The translations under genes were made by a program, and so were the position numbers. The notes beneath the pieces are model-generated. The model did not search any database. It had not been told where the DNA came from and saw only the letters and a program-made list of their open reading frames with translations. A stretch of 63,049 nucleotides of DNA, filler included, from Aduncisulcus paluster (Eukaryota): NCBI GenBank assembly GCA_024181965.1. It is 6 parts of 6 records of this genome, joined end to end, with 100 filler letters (N's around TTAATTAATTAA, not from the genome) between each part and the next. Parts side by side here need not be neighbours in the genome. Positions count along the whole stretch, not along the records: positions 29,969 to 37,500 come from BQXS01010857.1; positions 37,601 to 46,026 come from BQXS01010858.1; 4 more parts are not named here. The stretch is one strand, 5' to 3'. This document shows, in pieces, positions 33,439 through 43,900 of this stretch (position 1 is its first letter; every line of letters starts with the position of its first letter).

Positions 33439-35118
33439 ATGAAATTATCTGTATTTCTTGCTATTTTTGCCTCTTTCCTTGCCATTTGTGCATGTGATTG
33501 TAGATATTCTCTTTCTCAAGCCATTACTGACCAAGGAATTCAGACTGTGGGAGATATCATCTACGACTACACAATCAACCACCTTGCCAGGTATGATATT
33601 CCAAACATATCAGGAAAAACTGAATTTGGTATTGGATCTTTGGAATATAACATCACCAATATCTCCATTGCCGAAATGGACTTAAACCTTCCCGAATTGC
33701 TCCTTCTTGAGGATGAGGGAATTTATGGACGTGTTGATGGAAATGTTATGTTGGATGCTAAATTTGATTTCAAAGAATTACAATTCCCATATGTTTCTGG
33801 CTCCGGGCAGATCCGTCTCCGTATGTTAGGATTAGTTGGAGAAGTTATTGGCGAATTGGGTGTTGATTCCAATGGATATATTACTATTACCGTCAAAATT
33901 GCTGAGGTTGATCTTGGTAATGTCTCTATTGATATTACTTCTCAAGATAGTGAGGTCACCGCAAGCATTTTGAACACCCTTTCACACATTTTCCTGCCTA
34001 TCCTTGAATCAGTCGCCGAGAAGTCTCTCAATTCTGTTCTTGTCGACTCGGTGAACAATGCTCTCTCCAAATTCATGTCAGATAGATCTCCCTTCATGGC
34101 TGTTGGTCTTAACAATGAAAAAATTGATATGAGAGTTGTTGAGAACCCTGAGATCGGAGGTCACGTGATTAATTTCAGACAGAGGGGTCTGTTTGTTGTT
34201 GAGGATGTCGAAGAAGAAGGCGTGACTGTTGTCGGTGAAGAATGCTCTGAGCTCCCCATTATTGTCAATGACGACGATGTCCAAGTCATGTTCCGCCCCA
34301 GTCTCATCTCCTCCTCCCTCGAATTGGCCTCAACTAATGGTGAGCTCTCCGATGTGTACTTTGGCATTGTTCCTGAGTCTATGCTCCCCGAATCCATGTT
34401 AAACATCGATGATTCTATGACTTACATGGCTTCTTATGGTTTCAAGAACACTACTTTCGATGCTGTTGTCCTTGCTGGTGGTATCTCTGTTACTATGGAT
34501 GCCAACATTGATTTGCATGCCGTTCCCACCTCATCTATTGAAGATATGATCGAAGACATGTCCAATGGTATCTCCAAGGATGCTGACTTGGTTGCCCGTG
34601 TGTTTGAACACGGATCTGTTGTTGAGACCTTCCGTTCTTCATCTCAGTTCGTTGCTCTCGCTGGTGTCGAGTGTTCTGATCAGGGAAAGATTGGATTTGA
34701 GTTTAAATATTACAAACCCAACGATCTGTTTGTCAAATCTACCTCAAGAAGCTTCGATTACTCCAACATGATCAAATTCTTGACCAAAGTTAAGGCTAAC
34801 CCCACTTCAGACCTTTTGCCTTTCTTCTCCTTCATTAACTACATGAATGAAAACATTGGACAGGAGATACTTTCTGATACCATTGGTGGACGTTTCGTCG
34901 AGGTTCCTGGATTGTTTGAGAGAGGTTGTAGGACCTGTGGTAACACTATCACCCAAATCCCAGTCAAATGTGTTGACACCAACGGTTTGTACATTCCTTT
35001 CGGAGCCTTCGATGGAGTTTACTTTGAACAGGAAACAGTTAGGACAGGTTACTATCCTGATGAATATGATCAGTACATTGTTGTGAGTGGAAATATAGGA
35101 GGTAAATACAATCCTTAA
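33439..35118 (+). CDS. Secreted LBP/BPI-family (TULIP) lipid-binding protein
   Basis: Signal peptide, then ITDQGIQTV...IPNISGK......LEYNITNISI, typical of the BPI N-domain. The length fits two BPI lobes. Confidence 0.8.
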   Translation: MKLSVFLAIFASFLAICACDCRYSLSQAITDQGIQTVGDIIYDYTINHLARYDIPNISGKTEFGIGSLEYNITNISIAEMDLNLPELLLLEDEGIYGRVDGNVMLDAKFDFKELQFPYVSGSGQIRLRMLGLVGEVIGELGVDSNGYITITVKIAEVDLGNVSIDITSQDSEVTASILNTLSHIFLPILESVAEKSLNSVLVDSVNNALSKFMSDRSPFMAVGLNNEKIDMRVVENPEIGGHVINFRQRGLFVVEDVEEEGVTVVGEECSELPIIVNDDDVQVMFRPSLISSSLELASTNGELSDVYFGIVPESMLPESMLNIDDSMTYMASYGFKNTTFDAVVLAGGISVTMDANIDLHAVPTSSIEDMIEDMSNGISKDADLVARVFEHGSVVETFRSSSQFVALAGVECSDQGKIGFEFKYYKPNDLFVKSTSRSFDYSNMIKFLTKVKANPTSDLLPFFSFINYMNENIGQEILSDTIGGRFVEVPGLFERGCRTCGNTITQIPVKCVDTNGLYIPFGAFDGVYFEQETVRTGYYPDEYDQYIVVSGNIGGKYNP

Positions 35119-35472
35119 GTCTATTTTTAGATAGTTTAGACTTTATTTGACTTTTTGATGGACAGAATTTGAAGAGCAGACCCCATTTTTCTTCTTCGTT
35201 GTTCTTCTTTTCTCTATATCTTTGTATATGTCTTTCCCTTTCCTTTCGCTTATCCTCAGTCACTTTTTAGTGCCATTAATGATAAATTAATGCTCAGATT
35301 GTGAATATTTACTAAAAAAAAAAAACAGTTTTTTCCTGCGATTTTTTGACGATTTTCTCTTTTATTTCTTGAAATGAAATAAATATTTCTGCTGGTTCCA
35401 AAGCCCTCTATAACAGCTATGTTTAGAAATTCAAAATTTTAAAAAATTGAATAAATTGAAATATCAGAAAAA

Positions 35473-37500
35473 TTACTTTTCTTCCTCTTCTTTCTTTTCT
35501 TCCAATTTCTTCAATTCACTTTGTCTCTTGACCTCACAGCGTATTTCGTGCATATTTACAAGCTTATCGCCAAGCATAGCCATCAAAGCAGCCCTGTCAT
35601 CCTTTTTCACATGAAGAGCAAGAGATGAAATACCAGCCCAGCAAACTATATCCAGTCCGACAGCTGTGAACGATTCGGGACAACTGGGTTCAACGCGAAC
35701 GATGACAATGCTTCCCTTTTCACGCTTGAGATGGTATCCTTTATCTTTCTTCTCATCTTTGGCCTTTTCTTCTTCTTCCCAAGCCTTCTTCTTGGACATT
35801 TCTTCTTCCCAATTGATTCCAGAAATATCCTCAAGAATCTCACGAACAAGGGGCAAATCGGTGTCATATAATTCAGTGTAGGTGATCGATTGTTCAGATG
35901 CTGATAACTTATCGATTCCCTTCGACAACATCCTCTTAAAAGTGGTTTCAGACAAAGTAGCTTTTAACACGTTATGTTTCTTGGCCCCCTCAGAGAAGAA
36001 AGGAAGCGAGAATGACAAACCTTCTTGACATATCCTCCATTTTCCTCCTTGCTTCCTCAATATAATCACTCCAGCGTTGATGATTCGAAGAGCTCTCTGT
36101 TGAGCCTTGCATTGGAGTTGCATTGAAGATTCTCCATAAGACTCGTTCAGGGAGGCCTGAGAAGTACCTGTGAGCCCAGTCAGAGATCCACAGAGGACAT
36201 CTCTGACCTTGGGAGCAACATACACAGCCTTGGTATGATCAGCACGAGTCATGCAGAGAGGAAGAGGAAGTTTGTGGGATTCAAGTGTTCCTTCAGAGGA
36301 CTTGGAAGGAGAAGAAGGGTGGGTGCGACGTTTGCCAACAACATCAGAGCGAACCTCATCACCAAGGACAATACCAAAGTCTTCAATACAGACAGAGAAG
36401 TTGGAACTATCGGCAGGCATGGGGTACAATGGTTCTTCGGCCCATAGATTAAGTCTTTCACGGTGGCTGATCTTTTTCTTTTTCATCTTCTGAGCCCTCT
36501 TGACCATATCAGTCTCCTTCTCTTCTTCTCCCTCTTCATGACCCTCTTCATGAGTTTCCTCGTATTCCTCACGTCTAAGTTGCTTCTCTCTCTTCTTTTT
36601 GTCAGATTCAAGAACTTCGATAGCGATGGATTGTCTCTTCTTCTTCATCTCATCGCTGACCTCTCCGACCCCATCCTCAAGCTCTTCAACCTTCTCAAGA
36701 ACACACACAAAGAATCCTCCAGTATTTTGGAGATGAGGATAAATGCGCATACAGTGTTCGAGACCATCTTCATACTCACACTCTTTCTCACCTTCTCCTT
36801 TGGTCTTCATCATTGTTTTCTCACTCCACACGGAAGGTGGGACAAGAGATTCAAACCTCTCAGGGACATCCGAGGGTCCAGACATCCAGAACGAAGTAAG
36901 CTCACCAGCATCTCTGAGTTTATGTTTGTGACGAAGACGATCTTTTCCTCTATTCTTCCATTTCTTGCCCTTTTTCTTCTCTTGGGAAGCATCCGATTCT
37001 TCAGCTTTGTCCAGATCGTTCTTATCAAATGTAAGCATCAAATCCCAATCAGTGAGACCTTTGGCTCTCTTAAGATCGGGAAGAGTGCCACTGGCATCAA
37101 CAACTCTCATTCTACCCTTAGTGGCACGGAGACAAGCTGCCACCACGGCTTCATTCTCAACAACATTCATACTGCAAGTGCTATACACGACACGCCCACC
37201 GACCTTGAGCATACGGCATGCACGCAATAGGATCTTTAACTGAATCTTGTGCAAGGAGAATGCGTGTTGAGGAGACCATCTCCACCATACATCTGGTGAT
37301 TTCCTGATAGTTCCATCTCCACTGCAAGGAACATCGCACAGGATACGATCGAAACGAAGTAAGGAGGTAGACCCATCAGATGTGGGAATATTGATATCAG
37401 GGTACTCAGATGCATCGTTGTTTGTCACAACACACAAAGGAGATTTCACCCGGAGAGCATTGTGAAGTAAAACATAACAACGTTTCAAATCGAGATCATT
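35473..37500 (-). CDS. NSUN2: tRNA m5C methyltransferase NSUN2/Trm4, 5'-truncated
   Basis: FDRILCDVPCSGDGTIRK, VYSTCSMN.VENEAVV, CMRIYPHLQNTGGFFVCVLEK, IINAG, RICQEG. Confidence 0.94.
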   Translation of the reverse strand, partial: NDLDLKRCYVLLHNALRVKSPLCVVTNNDASEYPDINIPTSDGSTSLLRFDRILCDVPCSGDGTIRKSPDVWWRWSPQHAFSLHKIQLKILLRACRMLKVGGRVVYSTCSMNVVENEAVVAACLRATKGRMRVVDASGTLPDLKRAKGLTDWDLMLTFDKNDLDKAEESDASQEKKKGKKWKNRGKDRLRHKHKLRDAGELTSFWMSGPSDVPERFESLVPPSVWSEKTMMKTKGEGEKECEYEDGLEHCMRIYPHLQNTGGFFVCVLEKVEELEDGVGEVSDEMKKKRQSIAIEVLESDKKKREKQLRREEYEETHEEGHEEGEEEKETDMVKRAQKMKKKKISHRERLNLWAEEPLYPMPADSSNFSVCIEDFGIVLGDEVRSDVVGKRRTHPSSPSKSSEGTLESHKLPLPLCMTRADHTKAVYVAPKVRDVLCGSLTGLTGTSQASLNESYGESSMQLQCKAQQRALRIINAGVIILRKQGGKWRICQEGLSFSLPFFSEGAKKHNVLKATLSETTFKRMLSKGIDKLSASEQSITYTELYDTDLPLVREILEDISGINWEEEMSKKKAWEEEEKAKDEKKDKGYHLKREKGSIVIVRVEPSCPESFTAVGLDIVCWAGISSLALHVKKDDRAALMAMLGDKLVNMHEIRCEVKRQSELKKLEEKKEEEEK

Positions 37501-37600
37501 NNNNNNNNNNNNNNNNNNNNNNNNNNNNNNNNNNNNNNNNNNNNTTAATTAATTAANNNNNNNNNNNNNNNNNNNNNNNNNNNNNNNNNNNNNNNNNNNN
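37501..37600. other. Artificial contig spacer
   Basis: N44-TTAATTAATTAA-N44. Confidence 0.97.
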
Positions 37601-37670
37601 TCGATTTTGAATCGTCAACTCTTTCTTTTCCTTGCAACTCTATAACCAGCACAAAAAAAACAACCTTAAA

Positions 37671-37871
37671 ATGGGAAACACCTTTTCATCTTGCAGTGGT
37701 AAAACTAAAGCTATTGATGCTAAACCCGTCGATTCTAAGGACGACAAGAAAGAAGTCCCTACTGAGAAGAAAGTGACTAAATTCTTTGATATGAAATCCC
37801 CTATCTTCTGGATAATTGTCTCCATCATTCTTATTGCCCTTGCTGTTGGAGTCACTCTCTTCGTATTGTGA
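37671..37871 (+). CDS. 66-aa small protein with an N-myristoylation-like start and a C-terminal TM helix
   Basis: MGNTFSSC..., a K/D-rich linker, then IFWIIVSIILIALAVGVTLFVL. The ATG has an AAAATG context and codon usage resembles well-expressed genes. Confidence 0.7.
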   Translation: MGNTFSSCSGKTKAIDAKPVDSKDDKKEVPTEKKVTKFFDMKSPIFWIIVSIILIALAVGVTLFVL

Positions 37872-38441
37872 TTGTGCTCGTATTGTGTGTCGTACTTGGA
37901 TCTTTCCCTATAATTTATTTCTTCAATATATATATTATGTTTCTTGATATGCTATATATTCCCATCGCCTTTAATTTATTGACAAGTCCTTCATCTTCAA
38001 TCAATCTTATTGAATAGATTCCATTATCGTCCAAATCACTTCCAAAGTAACTCTTTTCTCAACTTTATCTTTTTAAATTATTGCTCTCTCAGAGCCCCCT
38101 TTGCCTTTTTAATTTATTATAAATGTCTCTTAGTAAAATACAGAATCAACCTGTGTGTGAGTATCTTGCTTGGGATTGTTCAGAACTCTATCCAAGTAGA
38201 CAAAATATTTGTTTGAATTTGGTTTTATTGGAGAATATCCTTCAAAGCGTCGTCTAAGCCTGATAATTGATTTGAAAATGTTGGAAAGGGAAATTCGCAA
38301 AACCAATCATAGAATAAAATTTATTTCCGGTCGAGGATGATAATTAATCCATTTTTCGATCTCTATGATAAACATCCAATGAATCCTTCTGGGAGTCAAA
38401 TTGGATTGACTTCTTTTGTACAATAGGACAGTCAATTCTTA

Positions 38442-39152
38442 ATGATTATTCTCTCAAAGGGAAGAAATGAACGTGCCTTTTATGTTTTGAAAAGAGTTCC
38501 TGAATTTATGGCCTCCAAAGTGTGGAAGTCAGGAAAAGGCAGTGATCATGTTCAGATATCTTCTACAAGGGACATTCCACTTGAGCATCCTGGGAAACCT
38601 GTCGCATTTAAAAGTGTTGTTAAGATCCCTGGTCCTTCACCACGTGAGTTAGCTCTTGCTTTTTTCAATATAGAAACTCGATCCATTTGGGGAGATATGG
38701 TTAAAGGGGGGAGGTTTCTCAAGCCTTGGATGCCTATGGCCATGACTTCTGAAGAGAGTACTGCCAACGGGTTTGTTAAATTGGAATCCTGTGATATCCA
38801 TTATCTGTATGACTCACCAACAAAATTAGCGTCACCCAGAGATTCGGTTATTCGAGTTGTTATGGGGACAAGGTCTGATAATTCTGTGGTATGTGCCTAT
38901 TGGACTCCCGAAGGTTCAATTGCCGGTGCCAATCCAGGAGAAACTCAAGTGATCGATGGGGTGAAATATCTCAGATGTTTTATTCATTTGTCTGGATTAT
39001 TAATCACAAGTGGAGAGGATAAAGTTGCTGAATTCACTGTGATGGATATAACCGAACCACTTGGTGCTGTTCCTTCATTTCTTTTAAAAACTCAAGGAGG
39101 TCTATATGTCAAAGATTACGAATCTTTGTGGCGACTCATGGCAAAACTATGA
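38442..39152 (+). CDS. START/SRPBCC lipid-binding domain protein (N-terminus possibly extends to ~38365 across frame breaks)
   Basis: AFKSVVKI, R.IW.D, SPRDSV, RCFIHLSG, EPLGAVPSFLL followed by a C-terminal helix. Confidence 0.75.
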   Translation: MIILSKGRNERAFYVLKRVPEFMASKVWKSGKGSDHVQISSTRDIPLEHPGKPVAFKSVVKIPGPSPRELALAFFNIETRSIWGDMVKGGRFLKPWMPMAMTSEESTANGFVKLESCDIHYLYDSPTKLASPRDSVIRVVMGTRSDNSVVCAYWTPEGSIAGANPGETQVIDGVKYLRCFIHLSGLLITSGEDKVAEFTVMDITEPLGAVPSFLLKTQGGLYVKDYESLWRLMAKL

Positions 39153-39224
39153 ACATTGATTCAGATTGATATAACATATTTCGTGGGATTTTGCAAAAAG
39201 AAACACGACACACACAAACTCAAA

Positions 39225-39773
39225 TCACTCTTCCTTCACTGTATTCATGAAAATTGTGATTCTTTTCGTTTTCTCCTCATCTGAACAAGGGGTATATGGG
39301 GAACATCCATGAAAAACGACAGGAGTTTTATATATCATACCAGTAAAGATACTCACAGCTTTGATTGGTAACAAAAAATCATCAAAAGTACAAGAATATG
39401 GCCCTTCTTTCACGTAATCTGAAGCTGGAGCTCCTGTAGAGATAATCATCCGGAATTCTTTATCTTTCAGGGCTGTTCCAGTTGATCCAAAGGCAAATCC
39501 ATGAGTTAGAACATCGTCTATCCATTTTTTAACAAGAGCTGGGAGACCATACCAGAACATTGGAAAAATGAACAAAATTCGGTCATGGGCAACGAGAAGA
39601 TCTTGCTCAGCCTTAATATCAAATGAAAAGGGGGTTATTTGAGCCTCAGATAGCTTGTGAATTGTGACATTTTCTAATCCTTCCTCTGTTAGAGTATGAA
39701 GCCATTTTTTGTTCATTACAGAAGTGGATTCAAGAGCTGGGTGGCCGAAAATAGCAAGTATTTTAACGGTCAT
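39225..39773 (-). CDS. Flavodoxin-fold NAD(P)H:quinone oxidoreductase (Flavodoxin_2; KefF/KefG/YwrO-like), copy 1
   Basis: GHP, FDIKAEQDLLVAHDRI, FPMFWYGLPALVKKWIDDVLTHGFAFG, ALKDK, ISTG. Confidence 0.93.
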   Translation of the reverse strand: MTVKILAIFGHPALESTSVMNKKWLHTLTEEGLENVTIHKLSEAQITPFSFDIKAEQDLLVAHDRILFIFPMFWYGLPALVKKWIDDVLTHGFAFGSTGTALKDKEFRMIISTGAPASDYVKEGPYSCTFDDFLLPIKAVSIFTGMIYKTPVVFHGCSPYTPCSDEEKTKRITIFMNTVKEE

Positions 39774-40101
39774 TAATTATGGTCAAGTTATCGGGAATTT
39801 CGATCGCATCTTGTCACACAATCCACTTGATAAGTGTTAGTTTTTTCGGCTTTTCGGTAAATCCCGGTTCAGCCGGTTGTTGAGCAAGACATGCTCCAAA
39901 CAAGAAAAAATAAAGACAAAAAGAAAATAATGGGCAAAAAACATATAGTCAGCAACAAAACAGATAGAATAGAAATTAAAACATTCTTTACTTTGTATCG
40001 ATGAAAGTATTTACTAAGTACTAAACAGAGTCGTTGAGACCAAGTGATATGGACAATTAAATCGTCTAAAGAGAATTTTCTAATGTGTAAAAATTTGATA
40101 T

Positions 40102-40650
40102 TCACACGCCCTTAACAGCATCCATAAAAGTTGTCACTCTCTTCTCCTTATCTTCGTCTGAGCATGGGATAAATGGAGAACATCCATGGATAATAGCTGA
40201 TTCTTCATATTTCATACCAGTCATAGTGGCCATGGCCTTAAGAGGTAACAACAATTCCTCGATTGTGCAGGAGTATGGACCTTCTTTGCTGTAAGCAGAG
40301 GCAGGACCTCCTGTAGAAATGATCATGCGGAATTCTTTATCTTTAAGAGCATTACCAGAAGAACCATAGGCGAATCCGTAAGCTAACACATCATCCATCC
40401 ATTTTTTGAAAAGGGCAGGCAAACCATACCAGAATAAAGGGAAAATGAACAAAATTCTATCGTGGGCAACAAGAAGATCTTGCTCGGCCTTAACATCAAA
40501 TGAAAAGGCTTTTGTCTGAGCCTTGGCGATCTTGTGGACGGTCACATTATCAAGTCCTTCCGCTGTAAGGGTTTCAAGCCATTTCTTGTTCACAACAGAA
40601 GTGGATTCAAGGTCAGGGTGGCCAAAGATAGCAAGAGTTTTCCCAGTCAT
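40102..40650 (-). CDS. Flavodoxin-fold NAD(P)H:quinone oxidoreductase, copy 2 (tandem paralog)
   Basis: Same motifs and same 182-aa length as copy 1, with many substitutions. Confidence 0.93.
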   Translation of the reverse strand: MTGKTLAIFGHPDLESTSVVNKKWLETLTAEGLDNVTVHKIAKAQTKAFSFDVKAEQDLLVAHDRILFIFPLFWYGLPALFKKWMDDVLAYGFAYGSSGNALKDKEFRMIISTGGPASAYSKEGPYSCTIEELLLPLKAMATMTGMKYEESAIIHGCSPFIPCSDEDKEKRVTTFMDAVKGV

Positions 40651-40902
40651 TTTGTAAATGTGTGAGCAAAAAGATGAAAAAACACAATGAACCATTTTCC
40701 CTGAAAGATCACAGATTGATTATTTATTGAAAGAAAATGTGAAGAAATAAGTTCGTATTAATAGTGATATTATAACAGAATTATTCGGATCATAATTTTG
40801 TTCTTATACTTCAAGTATATATGCAAAGTTTGCATAAGTTTTGGCTGCGGCAACGTTGAAAGGCAATTGTGCATAAAAAATTTATTTTTAAGGTCTTAAA
40901 TT

Positions 40903-43900
40903 TTATATTGATTGTGTTTTTATCATATTAATGAATGATAACGCAATCCTTTCAACGGGATTTGCAGAATGAGTCTCGGAAGTGAACTCGGGGAAAACCT
41001 CCAAAGGCATTTCAGAAATAAGTTTGTAATGTTGTTTACACCAATTCATTATCATTTTAATGACATGATGGGAATGAATCGGCATGAAAACAGGGAAACC
41101 GAAGAGATTCATGATTATGGAAGAAATGGCTCCGGAAGTCTCTGCTACACAAATTAAAAAGTCACATTCATCGTCATCATTACATTCATCGTTGATAATA
41201 TTAGTATCAACAGGGTTTGAAGTTCCAGAAATAGAACTTGAGAAGAAAGTTGATGGAGTATAGCCAGACAAAAGGGGAAGAACGACTCGAATAAGCAGTT
41301 TCACAATGTCTTTTTCCGGCATACTTGACACATTCACGCATGATAAACAAGATTCAAGCAAAGAGAGAGTGAAAGAAGGGGATAAATGTCGAGAGTGAGT
41401 TTGTAAATATGATATCGAGAAATCGAATGACTTTTGCATAATTTTATCTTCATCAACATCGATGTCCAAATAGAACAAAGAAAAGGACGAACAAGTCGAG
41501 ATAATTGGGAATAAAATCTCATGGATTAACCTTTCATCACCCTCATCAGAGCATGATCTATATTTGGCATCAAAAGAGGAGTCTAGATATTTCTTACACA
41601 AATCAAACAAGTGTGTTTGACTTTCCTTGACTGAATTTATCCAAGCCTGGGATACGTCAGAAGACACTCTAAAAGTGCTATATGAGGGAAATGAAGAACA
41701 ATATTCTGCATTCTTGGAACAAGCCCCAACTAATTTAAGACAAGAACAGACAAAAGAACCAAGAATCGAAAGAGTTGAATCGATGGTTGTTCTGGAGGAA
41801 GAATATTCATGACCGATAAGGGAAGATCTGGTTGTATTTGAGAGAGATATCATGTTATCAATCAAATCGAGACACATGGCAAGGAAAAGGAGGATGATTG
41901 GCATTGGTATGGTGAGTTGAGTTGTTTGGAAATAGATAGTTTTTGACACAAACGAGCATACTCTTTCCCAAATATCCACTGGAACTGAGATATCAGAGAG
42001 AGACAGGGAGAAATGATACAGCTCAAATAGAAAGGATAAGACAAACGATAATTGTTGTTCTGGGTTAAGTTTTTGATCATCTTTTGTTTGCTCAGATTCT
42101 AATTCCATTTCTGTCTTGCTGGCAAGCACTACATATTCTAGTGGTTTCCCCCATAGCTTATTCTCAAGCACATGAACAATGTGTTTTGACAAGACTCCAG
42201 GATTAACAAAACAAGTGGAAAGGAGAGCGGCACAAATGTCTGTTGATACCTTGATTGCTGTGAAGTGAGCACCACCAGGCAATAAAAATGAATCTCGCAA
42301 GCAGGACGAGGAAGAGGGTTTGACAGGAAGGTCATAGGAGATGGGATGAGATTGAATGTAACAGCTTCGTTTGAGATGTAGACCATAATTGGATTTCGTG
42401 CAATCGATAGGAGCGGATATACAACAATGTTTAAGGGGGACCTGGAATGCTCTTGGGGATTTACACCTCAAAGCTGCCCTGGACCTTATAAACATTGCCT
42501 CAATGGGTGGAATATCAATGGAAAGAGATCCTTCACCTTCTCCTTTCTTCTCTCCTTCTCCTTTCTTCTCTCCCTTCTTCTTCTCCTTTCTTCCCTTTGT
42601 TATGGTCCATATATGATAAGTGATAACTCTCAGAAGCACCAATGATAGAGTTTTGAAGAGATAGGCCAGAACTGAAGGAAGACATGATCATGGCTCTAAC
42701 ATCAAGAGGAGCATCAATGTTGACAAGGGTCTCTAATACAGAGGAAATATGGGAATATGAGGGATTTAGAAGGGAAAGAATGATACATAACCCGTCTATC
42801 CTGTTGTACAGATTAATACCAGTCTCTAGCTGTTGTTGAAGGGTGCTTTGGATAACTCTAACCACAGAATCACAGTAACTATGCACAGAATCACGGTTAC
42901 AAGAGACACCAGATACGTGTAAACTATCGAATACCTGACTTCCGCCACTATTGAAGGCTAACCCAAGACTCACACAAGAGGTTGCTGCAGCTCTCCTCCC
43001 TTCTCTGCTTGAAGAAGAAAGGAATAGGGAGGAGAGGGACAACAAAAGGTGCCAAATGTGAATATCTGGAATAAGGGACACGGATTTGAGGCTCGAAGTT
43101 GGGATATTTAGAGAAAATTGAGAAACATCATCATGTTCTTCACTGGCAAAGGCATGGACACTCCCTGAAAGCTGAGAAACCATGATAAAAGAGAAGAGTT
43201 GGGTCTTTGAAAGTGAGATTGCCGGAAGATGATTGGTTGGGAATGAAAAAGATTCCTTTCTTCCTACTTCCTCTTTCTCAGGGTCTAATTTTGGAACACA
43301 GACAGTATTGATATATTTTACAAAGGAATCCGATAAATTTAGAACATCTTCAATCGAAAATGAATTAAATTGTTGAAGTTTTTGATCAGTCCTATCTTCT
43401 TCTTTCTCTTCTTCTTTCTCTTCTTCTTTCTCACTTTCCATTGAAATGCCTCTATTTTTAGATTCTCCGACAGAACGAATCATATTAGATATAATGAGTT
43501 CAAGGATATCTTTTCCTTTGTCACTTCCACAGAGCCTCTTGAACAAACTCATTGGCACCGCGCTCAGCTCACACATCCAATCTTTCCCGCACACACTGAA
43601 TATTCCTCTGAGAAGTGTGGACAACAACACAGTGGCAGAGTTTGAGATGGAGAAGGAAGAGGTCCCACCAGACATGTGCAGAGTCGTCTTTAGCAAAAGG
43701 GGAAGATGGGGACTTAGAAGGGGCCATAAACATTTTTCAAGGGAAAGGAAATATAGACAGAACATTGACAATACAATCCTATTCTCCTCTGCGGACTCAG
43801 AAAGCACAGGGAGGGGAGCCTTTTCAAACTGAGAATACAAACGGACGTACTGGATGTACATTTGTTGATACTCCTTGTATTCATACTCTTCATACATACA

